Source of the DNA: Antedon mediterranea
Lineage: Eukaryota; Animalia; Echinodermata
Assembly: GCF_964355755.1 (NCBI RefSeq)
Contig: NC_092679.1
Coordinates: forward strand, 14,181,432 to 14,245,431
Reading direction: 5' to 3'
DNA length: 64,000 bases
The translations under genes were made by a program, and so were the position numbers. Positions 14,401-29,400 of this stretch are shown here, piece by piece; the stretch's first letter is position 1; each line of letters begins with the position of its first letter. Below the pieces are notes generated by a model. That model had not been told where the DNA came from. It saw only the letters and a program-made list of their open reading frames with translations, and did not search any database.

Positions 14401-17400
14401 AGACGCAAGTTAACTACCTAATCTACTTGCTAGATCTCACTCAGGTGTACAAGGTCAAAGGGTAAGCGATGTCTAAGCATAGCAAAGGTGTTAATGAGGC
14501 AGGGGTGATACCAAACCGCAAGTCATGTTTAGTAGTTTTGTTTATTACATCTAGGTGCAATTGATGAATGTTTTGAACATGTTTATCTAGAAATGTTTGA
14601 CTGCATGCATGGGGTTAAGCATCGACCATTCACCTTCCTCTTCAACTAGAGGCTTAAAAGAAACATAATCTTACTCTACAATGTCAGTCAATATCATTTT
14701 TTTTTTATAGGGCCTAAAGAATTTTAATCTCTAGTTTCTCCATGTTTCTTTTTTCCATTATATTATTATTAAATCTAATTACTGATATTGTACAGTCTAG
14801 TTTATTTCAATTCCAAAACAAGTTTGCCATAAAACTTTAAACTAGGCTTCCATATTTACTTAACTGGATAACCCTTAACATTTATTTCAAGGATTATTCG
14901 TTTTTTTCTATTCTTTAAAATCTATTGTGAAAATTAAATTTTTCTTAAAAGCAGACATTGTGTGCCAGCTCAAGGATCTCAATTGTCTTTTCTGTATACT
15001 GTCCTCAATAGATTACATTTGAATCATTGATGAAATACTGTATTGTTATCTTTACAACACACACTTTAAATTGTTTTCATCACCTTTCTTTCTTTCCATC
15101 AGTAAAGCAACACATGATTAGACATTACACTTTTAATGAGTTTCATTATTAACACAATTAAATGACAAACCAAGCTTAGCAGGTAAGTACTTGGAAAGAT
15201 TATCAACCACTCTTGACGTTGATTGATTCCTATCTATCAACCAACATGTCTGCAAAGACTTTAAAGGTAAATATCTTCAGATAAGGGTAATAGAGTAGTT
15301 TATTGTTATATAGCAGTTGACAATAAATTCTAGAAGTTAGTTAAGTAAACTGTAGGAGTGCCAATCAAACTGAAAGATGATGGTTAGTAATTATAACAGT
15401 AAACTCTTTCTATATTCTATATTCAAAAAGACCCTACCCAGTACCAGGTTGATATAGTATTGAGAAAAACATATTAACCATACCTATCAGGAGAGGTCCA
15501 GGGGCCGGAAAGCGTTCACATTTAGAAAGCTTAAATTGTTGATTCTGTATCTATTTTACAGATTTATATATGTTGATACTTCCCCCTGCTTTCAGTAAGA
15601 TTGATGTTTTTTTTTTTTTATTTAGAAAACATAGATTTACAAATCCATACATAAATCTAACATTTTCCAGATAAGGGTATCAGTAGTTTATTGTTGTATA
15701 GCAATGGATATAAATTCTTAAAAGTTAGTAAACTGTACAAGTGCCAATCAAATTAGTGATAGAAAGTCTCTTAAATCCAACTGTTATGATCGACATTCAT
15801 GATACAGTTGATCTGCCCAGGTGCCAGTTCATTAGTCGGATCATGAAGGTTTTGTTTCCAGGATTTGTATTCATACACAGTGAGAGTAGATATACAGATT
15901 ACAATTTGAAGCCCACCTTACGTTTAAACAATGACCTACAAAATCAACTTTAAAATTTCGTAATTGCCTTAGTATAATCACAACCCTCTCCTTCCCCACT
16001 AATTTAGACTAGATGTAGACACCATGTGCTTGAACAATTTATGCTTTTAAAGTATATTTTGGATAAAATCAATTTCTTATCCTATTTATTATTACTACCA
16101 TTGGCAGCCAATTAAATTTTTAAAGATTTGAATGAGTTTTATAAACTTGTGTATGGTTGAGGTGCAATTGAAATTGTAGCAGAATTTGTGTATAAATAAA
16201 ATTGTAATACTTCCAAATAGAGATTTAATTATTTTTGATACTAATTTTTCATATGTTTTGTCAGAGAATTTTTACATGCATTTTTTTTTGGTCTTGGAAT
16301 GAAAAAGATATTTCATTGATACTAGCATAATTGAATTGAAAATATTTATAATCTATAATCAATAAGTAAATAACCATAATTACCATCACAAACTGGACAA
16401 CAGATTCCAGGTACCTTGGTGGCGTTCTTGCATGTTACTGCGCAAGATGCTCCATTACATCGTGACTTGCCATCCACACATCGGCAAGTCGTACAATCAT
16501 CATGATCCCATTCATCACCGTGCTCGTACATATTCCCGCCAATTACGCATAATGCTTTCATAATTGGTGGTGCACTCGAGTCTTGACATCCAGGAATGGG
16601 CATGCAACGGGAAACGCCATTCCAGCACTCACACATACGACAAATTTCGGGATGCCACATTTCACCGTGGTCGTATGAAATTTCTTTGTATACACATCCA
16701 TCCTTCACATGTTCTAATACAGAATAAAAAAAACAATTACTTATTAATTTAATGTGATTTTTGTAATGTATTCTTTAAAGTAAAATGCAAAGACATTATT
16801 AGGTGATTTATCATTTGGTTTGTTTCGGCCTAAAAATATTCATAAAGGTTTTTGTTTATTATGATATCTGTTTTTCATTTTATTCAATTCTTTAAAATTT
16901 TATTCCGTTTCAATTTACTATATTATATTATACTACTATTACTACTTTTTGACATGTACCACTGTACTTAAAAAATATTCTCCACTTTTTAACACATAAA
17001 CGATTTATAATAAAGCATACCACTTTGCTTATTTCGTTTTCTTAAGCTAGCTTTAAATGTAACAAAATCTAGAAGAAAATGTAATACACACTAAATCAAC
17101 AGGCTCATCTTTCACAAAGCGAGCACCATTTACTGGCCTTTTTGTTGAGATTGCGTGCAGCCGATTTAAGATCATATACATTAAATTGTAAACATATCCA
17201 AAAGATATTGTTTGTATCATGAAAGGAGAACAATTTCAAAATTCCCCAAAGACCAGTAAATGTAGAAAACGTTAACTCCATCAAAATTTGTTCTTTTATT
17301 CACAGTGCTACAAAGGTGTAAAAACTATACACATGTTTGAGTTTACCAAAGATTGCAAAACATGGTTTTAGTAGCAAACTATTTGAATACTGGACACCCT

Positions 17401-20400
17401 TGGGCTGGCCTTATTTATTTATGTAATATTTAACATATTAAACAAAATTAAACATGTTGTACCTTCAGTAAGGGTATGATTTCCGCAGTATTATTTTTTT
17501 AAGAAGGCAACATGGAATAGTTATGACTTGCAAGCCTACGAACAAACACAATTGCTACACTCAAACAAAAAAATGTTTTCTGTAGGCCACCAAGGGCGCA
17601 AAGGTAGACTATCCGGTTCTTACTGTAGGAATAGCTAGTGAAGCCTATCTTTGCACATGGCAGCCTACTAACCAATCATGTCTTGATAATAGCAGGTTAA
17701 TGAGACAGGTACAGTAGGCCAATAAATTTAGTTTTGACGTGTCAATCACATCTCTAAATAGTTGCTGATAAACCTAAAACTTAATTATGTCAATCAATCA
17801 TTAAACCAATCATGTTTGTACTGTAACCCACTGCTTCCAGAAGCAATTTAGGCACCTTTGGCAACATGCCCCATGAAATACATGCGTCCTAACTATTATG
17901 CTATTGCATTGTATTGTAAATGGTATGAAGGGTGAATGTATTGCGTTGTATTTTCGTTCATTTATTTACTACATGAAAACATTTTTGTAATATATTTGTA
18001 AATTTATATTTTAAGTTAGGGTGCCACAGATTAAAAGCTTTGCTTGCTTGTGGTTACCCTGTTTTTCACACTTTAATGTACTTAATTTTTTTATTTATAT
18101 TTTTATGAATGTTGTGTGAAAAATAAAAAGAATCAATCAAAAAAAAAAAAAATCAAAAGTACTCTGCATCATTATCTGTTACCATACTCATCTGTGTAGA
18201 CATTTCATATACTATTACTAGTTGCTTCCATGACTGTTATTCGTTTGATGGTTTGTCAATTTCTGTAGGTGATCCTCTCTACCGGAAGTGGATCACCTAG
18301 TTGGTTTGATATATCAGCTTTCTAAGTTTATTCAGGTATTACCATAACAATATCTCAGAATGTTTAACTTCCGGTATAATTAAGTATTGCAAGTAGTAAT
18401 TGATGTTTTTGTTTATTCTACATAGCCATTATTTAGAAATACTTACGACTGATACACTTGTAAACTGGACAGCAATTTTCAGGATCACTTAGCCCCTCAG
18501 CTATTAACCTCAACTCATAGTCAGGATCACAAGTTGGAGTAACACACAACTCCAACGCACATTCACAACTACAGAAAACAAATATGGTTATTATGATAAT
18601 AGGGTGTGTGGATAAAAAATTAAAAATGAATATGAAAAATACAAGCTAGGACCAAAACTAGAATATGTATGAGGTGAGCCCAAAAGTGCAATTCTGTGAC
18701 ATTCAGGGCATTTCTAACTTTGGAGCTGTAGTAGTTCCAGACCTCGCTTGGAAAAATTAAATCTTTATCTACATATAAAATCTACACCTACACATGAAAA
18801 AGATTGTTCTAATTGACCGTACAGGTCTATTTCTATTTCATTACTGCTTGGCTATAGCCAAAAGTGTGCTTACCTGTTTGGTAGGCGGCAACAGCCATCA
18901 TCTGATGTGCCACCAGAGACATATCGGGAATTCACAGGACACAGGCTTGGTAAACTTGGTGGGCATTCAACATTACTGCAATCTGAAGAGGGGGCTAAAT
19001 ATGGTAAAAAAAGAGTGCAAAGAAATGGTATGAAGGGTGAAATGAAATGACCATTGTGAACATGCAAATTAGTAGGCCTATAATGTACAATGGAATGATG
19101 TTTTATTGAAATGATTTTTGACACATCTAGTATTGGGTGCTTATTAGATCTAAGAAAAAGCAAATAGGTTTAATGGAAGGTCTACAAAAATAAAATTGTG
19201 TAAAAGAAATTATCTTGTTTTTTGTCTCTTTTTAGTATAAACTTAGCTTCACACTACACATACTGTACATAGGCCTATATAAATGTTGAGAATGTTTAAA
19301 TTTTGATGTACAATTTACTTTAGTGAGGGCCAACATTACACATTGACATTTTGATTCCGCAAACAAATTTGCAACTAAATGAATTGTCAATGAATGTTGT
19401 TAATCATCTAGGCAATAATAAAAGATATTTAAAACAATTCCAATTGAACAGATCTTGTGCATAGATATTGATATTATTGTACAGTTCAACAGTGTCCAGA
19501 AAAATGACTTTTTATGCCACAGCCCCCTCTTTTGTTGATATCAAATTTATGATAAACACTTCAAAGTGCATTCATATTTTTAGTAAATTTTCCAAAACAA
19601 AATTTATAACAAAATTCAAATCAATGTTAGTAAGATGAACGTGACATAAAGTGAAGAAAAGTGAGGTAAACAAGTTATCAAAAACAACAGACAACCAGCA
19701 ACAAGTTATAGAATAATAAAAATGCAGATTGCAAATGATATAATATTAACATAACACAACAACTTTGATGAAACTACGTGACAAGCATGATTGTGATTTA
19801 ATTTCTAAATTCATTTACGTGACAAAATATTTTATTTGCATACTTCTTATAATAATAGGCTGGCCTCTACAAGGTTGTTTGTTATTCTCCCTCAATCTAA
19901 ATCATTTCAGTAATGTTGATTGAGATGATTTCAGAACACAGACACACAGATACTGTACATTATTTGTATACAAATGAACTTGGCCAGTTCATAAACTGGT
20001 AAGTAAAATTTCCAACGTAAACCATGTCACAAGCTCTTTATAATGTATTTAACTATACAACAACATGTTGACTTCTGTAAAATTGTTTATGGTTGGAAAC
20101 TGTGTGCATTTCACTAAACATGGTTGTAGTACCAAGGAGATATATAATAAATAATGTATACCATTACCACCATGACAGTATACAAATACTCACCTATGGC
20201 TTGACACTGATAATTATCGCAACAAGTACCAGGTCTTCCGTCCCCTGCTGAAATGAGTACCTTCTCATATCCTCCTGCACATAGGATGTCATTGCACATG
20301 CTTGGATCACAGCGACAGGTAGGGGTTGCCGCACAGCATTCAGTCGGGCTATACGGTGATATTACAGTGACATTGACACTGTCATTCGGACATTGTATAT

Positions 20401-23400
20401 CCACAACCACACACTTTATGTTAGTACAATCTGTAGGTACATCTCCTGTAAACAAATAATACATAAATTAATGAATGTATACATTTTAATTGGGAAAAGA
20501 AACTTGAATCTGAGTTTGATGTAATAAATAATAATATTTAAAACTTATTATATACTGGGAAAAAAAATAAAATTTGAGTTTGTTGCAAACATCAAATTAA
20601 AGACATATAATATAGTAGGCCTATACACTGTACATATATTGTAAAGATGTATTGGACACCTCCATCTCATCACATTTATATACATCTTGCCATCAAACCT
20701 TTTGGCCTTTTGCAGCTATATCCATACTGTATAACAAGTAAATACACAAACAATAAGTTAGACAAATTAATTGAAATGTTACATGTTACCTATTTTATGT
20801 TTGAACCAATATAAGTTATATTTCCTATGTTGACATTATATAAATATTAATCTATTTTTATCCAACAAATTATCATATCATAAATATGATAATTTGTATT
20901 AAATTACGAAGTTCAACTTTAGCAAGAATATTAGATAAACCAACAAGCATGAGTTCAAGTGAAGTTTGAATAAACATATTCTGAATGTAAATAATAAAGC
21001 AGCAACATTATTTAAATATCACACAGTACATTTTGCTTTGGCTCAGGTATTTTGATTTTTGGGAAATTTTTAACATTTAAATGTTCTTTGTTTTTTTGTA
21101 TGTTGTTTTTTGTTTCTTCTTATGGTTTTAAAATATTAAAATATATTCCTAGAGTATATATGCAGCCTACTAAACATTGTATAAAGAAAAAATTGAACTA
21201 TTTAGTATTTTGTACAGTATGTTTTTGTTAGGAGAAGTTTTGCGAATATTGACTGCAAAACCAAACCAAACACCACCATAAATATCGCATATTTTTCAGT
21301 GAACACCTCAGTTTAGTTGTGTTTAAACCATTTTTAAGCACCCGGAACATGCTGCTGGCGGCAGAAAACTAGAACATCCTCAATCTAGTTAGCCGAACTA
21401 GATTAAACTGAATGGTACCGAATAACAATTTAATTTTTTGCGTGAACATAGTACGATTTGCATAGAATTATTATAAGATCCTTATTTTATATCTGAAGGG
21501 CCACCACACAGTACTGAAGAACCAGGTCAACTCCGCTAAATCTAGATAGACAGCCATTACAATCTTGTTAAGGAATGATTAATTACCCAGTTTTCCTGGT
21601 TCCATAATCCCACCCTTTGTTGGATCCAGAAGATGTCCCCTGAATATCTGGTATTTACTTCATATGATGATACATATTGCAACTTGTTGACCTTGGAATG
21701 CGAATAATGCTACCATGCCTCTCATCAGTGTATCTAACCCAAAAAAATGTCCCTTGTGACTAGCTTTAGGATCAAGTTAGTTTATAATTGACAATTACTC
21801 TTTTAACAACTCATTTTGACACTTGCTATTCAGGAGCTTGTCAGAAATCAACAAATTACTAATGAGGTTACCAAAGTTGTTTAGAGGCACTTTAAGTTAT
21901 ATATATAACTCTGTTCCATGCATACCCGATTAAAATCATAAATATTATAGTTGCATCAGCATCATATACAAACACGATTTAAGTCGGATGTGTAACCGGT
22001 AATTTTTTTTACAAACACAGAACAAGGTAAACCACACTGTAATAACTGCAATTTAACTCGGATAGAAAAAATAACAGTACAGTTTTATCCTTATGTAGGT
22101 TTTTTTTTGCATTATACTAAATGATTGTATTTGTGAACAGTTTCCAACCTATTGAATACCTAACATAGTATTCTAACATGTTTATATTTGAAGATAAAAA
22201 TAGAATTGAAATATGTTTTTTTACCCCTTCAAAATCACTTGTCACTCAAAATTCAATCTACAGTTTATTATTTCTACCAGACTTGGTTTTTGGAAGACAT
22301 TTACAGTGTCTAATCCTAGTTATCAATACAATATGATAAGCAATAGTTTAGTTGATGATAAATCATATGGAACTTATGATAGGGCAGCTATGGTGTGACC
22401 TGAATGTCCTGAGGCTACTGTAGCTTTCTAGCCAAAACAGTACATTCCAATCTGTTATATAAAGGTCAGATTCAAGCCAGCATTCCAATGTGAACAGGGC
22501 ACTGTTCAACCATTACAACTGTACATGATGTATTAATGTATGTGAACAGGGCACTGTTCAACCATTACAACTGTACATGATGTATTAATATATGTTTTTT
22601 GGGGGGATTTTCTGTAAATAATAATTATAAAAAACTATTTTTCATAAGAACATTTTTAAAATTGCACAAACAATATAAAATATACAAAGAATTTTAGGCC
22701 ATTAATACATTTTAGAAAGTTATTTGATAATATGGATAATACATTACCTTATAAAAAGTGTTGAAAGATCTATGAGGCATACATGCATTTTTCTGTATGT
22801 TATAATCTAATTAGTGCACATAATGTTACCTAATCGAGTACATCATCAAATAAAATTTGTGTCTGCTGGCTTATGATGAGGGATAAATGGCTACTGGCAG
22901 TTTATGGTGAGGGATGATGATGGTTGCTACTGGCAACTGATGGAGAATGATGATGGATAAATGGCTAATTGCACTTGGTGAGAGATAATAAAGGATGGAT
23001 ATTTACTGGCAATGGGCGACAGATGATAAACGATAAATGTGGCCATTATTTTTATCTTAATTATGTCTCTTTTCACCACACATTGTTGTTTTACTGTTCC
23101 ATGTGTCAAAATGTGCATGTGAAAAAGGTGCAAAATTAATGTATTTAAAGAACAGATAGTGCAAATTGTACAAATCAGGCCTTGCTGGTAAATATTTTGA
23201 ACATTTTAATAGCTGGTTTCCAGAATTACCACTTAAATTGAAGGTGTGTATAGCAAACTTTAGCTTCTGTGATGTCCCAAGATAAGTCATTCCAATGAGT
23301 TTTTAATGGCTATTCCTCTGGACATGGCTTCAGAGGGAGTTGGTCTGCAAATTTGTAGGGTACACAATTGTGATGATGAGAATTCTATGCAAATCATACT

Positions 23401-26400
23401 ACTTTTACTTTAAAATGTTAATTGTTATTCAGTGCTGTTCAGATTTTGTGAACTTCTCTGGTGCCAGCAGCATGTTGTACCACCAGGTGCTTAAAAATAG
23501 CATAAACACAGCCTTGATATGACTGTCTCTGACAGTGGAAGGGGCTCATGAAGCAGCCTATAAATACCTGCATGTTGTAGCCAAAACAAAGATCAACTAC
23601 AGCAGTATTTTTGCTATTTGCTCCCAGCTGTTACAACTTTCACCCAGACTAGTTATTTATTACTATTCCTTAATAGGTATCCCATCTATAAACTGTACAA
23701 GGTCACATATTACTGTAAATACCCATGTTCAACATGCAATACTACACACATACACAATTTCTCCACAATTTATCAATTCAGTAATTTAAGGAAAAATGAT
23801 GCAAATAATAATTTATAGCTAGTGAAGCTGGTATAAAAAAAAAGAAACTGAATGCTCATAAATAAATTTATATAAATGTAGGGCAAACAATTCTTAGTTT
23901 AATTTGATAAACATCTTTTTTTTTGTAACAATATTGGTGGATACTTGAAAGACTACTGACTGTAATGTTTTTATTAGCAACAATACAATATGACTTTATA
24001 ACTTTAATTTTCAAAACATCAAATACCAACTATATTGACAAATACATTTTGTTGATATTGTGGCGCAAAGCTAGCATCTTCTTCTTTACTGCGGGTAGCC
24101 TATCCAGTTCCTAAAGGAACTGATCATTTAGGGCCCTCGATAAAACATACATACAGTAAAACACATAAAATATTGAATATTCAAATGACATAAAATAGAC
24201 CTAAAAATTTACAATGGTTATAAAATTCATATAAAAGTTAAAATCGTTGACAGATAAAATATATATATATATAATATTAGCAATATTAGCATCCATTGGC
24301 TGGAGCTTTATTTGCTTTTAAAGATGAAAATTCTTGATTGGCCACACTCAAGTTTTTATTTTTATCAGAAAATATATTTTTTACCCCCAATAAACTTGCC
24401 GCATCCTTTCCCCAACTTCCGAATAAAAATATCTACCAATTAGAATAAGCTAAATTGGCCCTTTGAAAGCAGGGAGATACACAACCCATTCCCGCTAGGT
24501 AAGTTTTTTACCTCAAATAATATCTGTGTGGAGAAGAGTCACCAAATTTACTTATTGTTAAATCTTGGTTAACCTGTTCAAGTCCAATCCTTTTAAAACA
24601 TCATCCTGTTGACTGCAGACTTTTTTCCTACCAAGTAATTACCCCATTGAGAGATAGGCAACTGGATAATCAGTCTGTATATGGCTCTTTATAATTTACA
24701 ACCAAGATGCTTGAACCTGAGATGACATGTGATAAATAACAGAAATGGAGGCAGTTTGCAGCAGGTGAACATCTATTGATATACAACATTAAAACATTCC
24801 TGAATGTGCTAACAAATAGTACAGGGCCCAGGGAGATATTTATCAGGGGCTATGAGCCTGTTTTTATTTAGCAGTTGAATATGGTTTTTAAAACAATTTA
24901 TAGTTTTTGATTTTTCAAAGTTGCCATCAGAAATGGGGTCACAAAAATAACTACAAAAAACAAAGAACCAATCTTGAAAATGGTTTCAAACACCCCCAAT
25001 TGATTCTCTGGTCTCAGTCACCAAGACTATAATATTTGAGGAGTAAAGGGCAAGAAAACTATAGAATAGAACCAAAAAATATGAAATACATGTAGTGCAA
25101 TTTATCTAATGTTTCACAAAATAACTTCCCTTCCACAACATCCTGAAAGATGATATAGATTGTGGGTGGATGATAATTTTAGCTTAATTGCTTGTAAGCA
25201 ACAAAATAGTTTCACTTTTCTAACATGTGTGGGTGTTTATTGGTATGTTGTATGAAATCCCAGTTGCATCACCATTTATGACTTGGAATTTTCAACATCA
25301 GGGTGTCTTTAATATACCAAATAAGGAAAAATTCATGATAAAAGAAAAGCCTGGATTTAATTAAGGACATGTTTCTACTGCAAATATAAAAAGAAGCATC
25401 TAAATGCTTATCAAAAACGTCTAAAAGTGGTTGTTCATTTGGTGGTCATCATGTTTGGTTGTATATATATCATCCACAGAGCTTAGTAACATTTTCGCAA
25501 CATTACATATACTTTTTGATGAGGTAAAATTAGAAATGCACATTAAGTTTTAAAATTTACCAGTACCATACAATGCAAATTAATACTAATATAAATAGGC
25601 CCTATGTTGGATTAATTCAATTAGATTTTTGCCAAAGATATATTAAAAAGCCAGTAGCTGTCATCCCATTGATATCCTACAGTAAAACCTTTTTTCAAAA
25701 TAAATTTCCGCCCATCTTAAATTACTATTTAACAACATTGCACAACAGTGTATACAGTTTACTTTTCAAAACACAGACACTCTGCAAATAAAGTAACTTT
25801 CAAATGGAGACAACTTGTGGTTTTTGTTTGGTCTATAGAGATATGCAGAATGAGTAAACAACTTAATATGCCCTAAATGCATTATGCAACCTATTTAATG
25901 AAATCAAAACACCCATAATTTGTAAGCACTTGGTGTTATGAACAAACCATCTGCTAAATTATTTAATCAATCATCAAACAGGTTTCAGATACTCTCTTTC
26001 TAATGGTTTGCATTTCTCTTGGAGAATGCCAACAGGCCTTTTGCAGTGGCATAACTGCTATGAGCGCTCACTGGCTAAACCTAGGGGCCCCGGAGCTTAT
26101 GGGGGGACCCGAGCAGGGCCCAGGGGAACAACATTAAAATATGTCTAAAAGGCTAACGACCAAGGCCTCTAGCATTGGAGAGCCACCTAGGGTTCTTAAA
26201 CCAGGGGCCTCAGGTCTTTACATTAGGCCACTTCCTAAATTGTTTTCCCAAAAATGTTAAAATCAGTCTGTGGTTGTTAACATTACCCAAAATGTTTGAG
26301 ATGCTATAGTAGTTCTCCACAGCAGTCGATTAAATTCAAATAACAGCAATTTTGCTAAAGTACAGTGACAAATAGGGTGATTTTAACTGTTATTTTGAGA

Positions 26401-29400
26401 ATGCTATAACCTATTTTTTTGTCCTGTTTTCCAAGGTATTGGGGATAATTAGTTCAAACAGTTATTAATCTGTTATTTTTTCGCAGCTATCAGGAGATAC
26501 ACAGTAGCAAATATCAACAAAATGAAATCATTAATTTAGTTTTAAACAACCTTATAACCCAGGACACAATCTCAAAACTAGTCAGGCTGTCTGCACTTTA
26601 AGCACCATGACCTCTGAAATGGTCAGTGACCTTGGCTTCTCTGGCCCAAAACCAGATGGTCAATAGTTTCTCCTCCTTTCAACATCCTGTTCATGATATA
26701 CCTGTACATGGTGTACACATACATACAAAAACAACAACAAAACATCTTGGAAATTTCATCTACAATTTAACAATAAAAGGAATGCAAAATTGTCATAAAT
26801 ATTATCATACACATTCCTAGCATGTTTTATTCTCATAAAAGGTAAAATTTGTATGTTATTATTGACAATATTTAGAATTTCAGTAAAATTCCTAAAATAA
26901 CTTTATTCCAAAAAAAAATATAGTTAGTAAGTAGATTGTGAATTATAATTTGGCTGTCATCTTAAGATAAACATTGCTAAACAAAATGTTACTACTAGTA
27001 CTACTTTGTTGAATGTGGGAATGTGGTCCATCATACTCTATATAAGCAAATGTTGGTAAAAGAATCTAAATATACCAAAGAAATCATATAAAGAAGTTAC
27101 AATGTTAAAGTGTTGATAAAGCACCTGTTGTTTTGAGTGTAAACCTATAAAATTGTCACTGAAATGAAAGTGCTAATTACCTGGTTAAGGTCAAAGTTAT
27201 AGAATGACCACTAACATCTGTCACTAATAATGTGCAAGTGCAAACTAATGTAACAATTTCTTATGTAACTTTTTTCAGCAACAGATGTGCTGCACAAAAA
27301 ACAAAGAAAAACATGCGATTCAAAGATATTAGAATGTACTAAATTTGAACAAGGCAATAAATGACAAACAGAAAAGGTAAGTCCAAAAATCTAAATCCAA
27401 GGTTACAACTTAAAGGAGCACTGGCTTAAATACCTTTTTTTTGTAAAACATTCAATTCAATTGTTAACATTTATTTCTTTCAAAACAAAATTAAAAAAAG
27501 AACATTTCTTTTAATTTACAAATATTTTATGAAATTAAAACAGACTGGAAAAGAAAGTGTCTTAAAAAAAATGGTAATATATTTCTTTGATAATAATGAT
27601 TGAACAAATTGAACTATTTACACATACTGTGCTGCTAATAAAACATGGGTATGAAAAACAAGTAGGACAATTTGATTAATTTTTAAAATTTGAATGTTTC
27701 ATATGTCTGATTACATTCAACCAGTCTGTTTTAGCCATTTATGATTTCCACCCACTCTTAAGTACCCTTTTGGAAAGGAATCCATGTAGGCTAACTTTGA
27801 TCCTAAGTGTAAGATGGCAATCAAACAGTTATTAATTTGTAACAATTTCCTTAACGTCATCCTTTATGGTGAATGACCGTGGCTAAGGTACTGAAGATCT
27901 GAAGAAATCATTATAGTATGAAAACCTTTCCTTGGAAAGTAATCCTTTATGAAACTATATAGAAATGTTTAGTTTTATCAATTAAAACAAAATTAATTTT
28001 CTCAAGCAGCTTTTTAACTATTTTTGGTTAACTTTTATTTGGGCTAATTAACAACTGTTTTAACGCCTTTTCCATACAATAGGCCTACAGCTTCAATTTC
28101 TATGCTTCCAATTTGAATTCTCTGTGTATTTAGAAATACCCGATTATGTTAATAATTTCATTTATATTAAGGTATTACTACTAATACACTACTATAATAC
28201 TCTCAACATGGATGATTTAATTTAATGGTACTCTACTCTAAATACCCACATACTTGCATCACAGTATCGTTATCGCAAATGAACCATCAAATTTGCCAAA
28301 AATAGACTGTTGACGCAAGTTGACAAATGCTTCATTCCATCATGCAATCGATATGATTGAAAGTATGTTGAATGTTAGAATTTTGTTTCTGTTATAAAGT
28401 TCAGGGTACATGATGGCTCACCAATTATGGGTAAAACACATGCTACAGTTGCTATAGTTTTATTGGGAGAATTTTTTTAAACTATTTGAATATTCTCTGC
28501 CTGTATAGTACCTCCATAAATAAACAATATTATGCTACAGTTGCTATAGTTTTATTGGGAGAATTTTTTTTAACTATTTGAATATTCTCTGCCTGTATAG
28601 TACCTCCATAAATAAACAATATTAAACTTTTGCCAATCATGGAATGTGAACCAGTCCACACCCATGTTTAACAGCGCTGACTGTTTGGAACTGAGGTTTA
28701 AAGAGTTTTAATGGGAATATATGCGCAATCTTGCAATGAGCAGGAGTTTAATGGTTTTAAATTAGCGCAAAATACAAATAGTCTCTATATGCGCTGTTTA
28801 AAGATTTCAAAGATTCAAATTTTATTCGTCATCCAATTCTAGAAATTCCATTGCTTACATTAAAAATTACAGAACAATTGAAACTACATTTAATACAATA
28901 AACATATTTGATATATATATAAAAAAAATAAAAAGCAAAACTATTTACAGTACATTTCTCTTATAATTTTCATCGTTTGTAATTTTTGTTAAAAAGTTTA
29001 ATGGCTTGTGGAAGGAAGGAGAGAAGATATTGTTCAGTGCGGGAGGCCGACAGACGATATCTACTACTTGTCACATTCAGGTGACAGTTTATCCTCTCGA
29101 AAAGAGAATGACTTTCATCCCTCGTGACAGACACAAATTTACTTAAGACGCAGTTGTGGTAGACATCATCAACCGACCTTCGGCCCTGACCGACCATCCT
29201 CTCTACCTTCCTTGTCATTCTGTCAATTCTACTTTTGTCTCCCTTTTCGACATTACCGCCCCACGCTGTTATACAATACGACCAGACACTGTGTACAAGT
29301 GTAAAAATGAAAAATTTGATGTAAAATCTGAACATATTTAATTGCTCTTGCTCCAACAATTTAAATTCCCATTCTTTGTGAAATATACAATTCATATAAG

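Noticed and set aside
24060-24750. Possible degraded LINE or hidden CRIM1 exon
   Set aside because: I could not recover a continuous frame or Cys pattern, and it is too decayed to call by eye.
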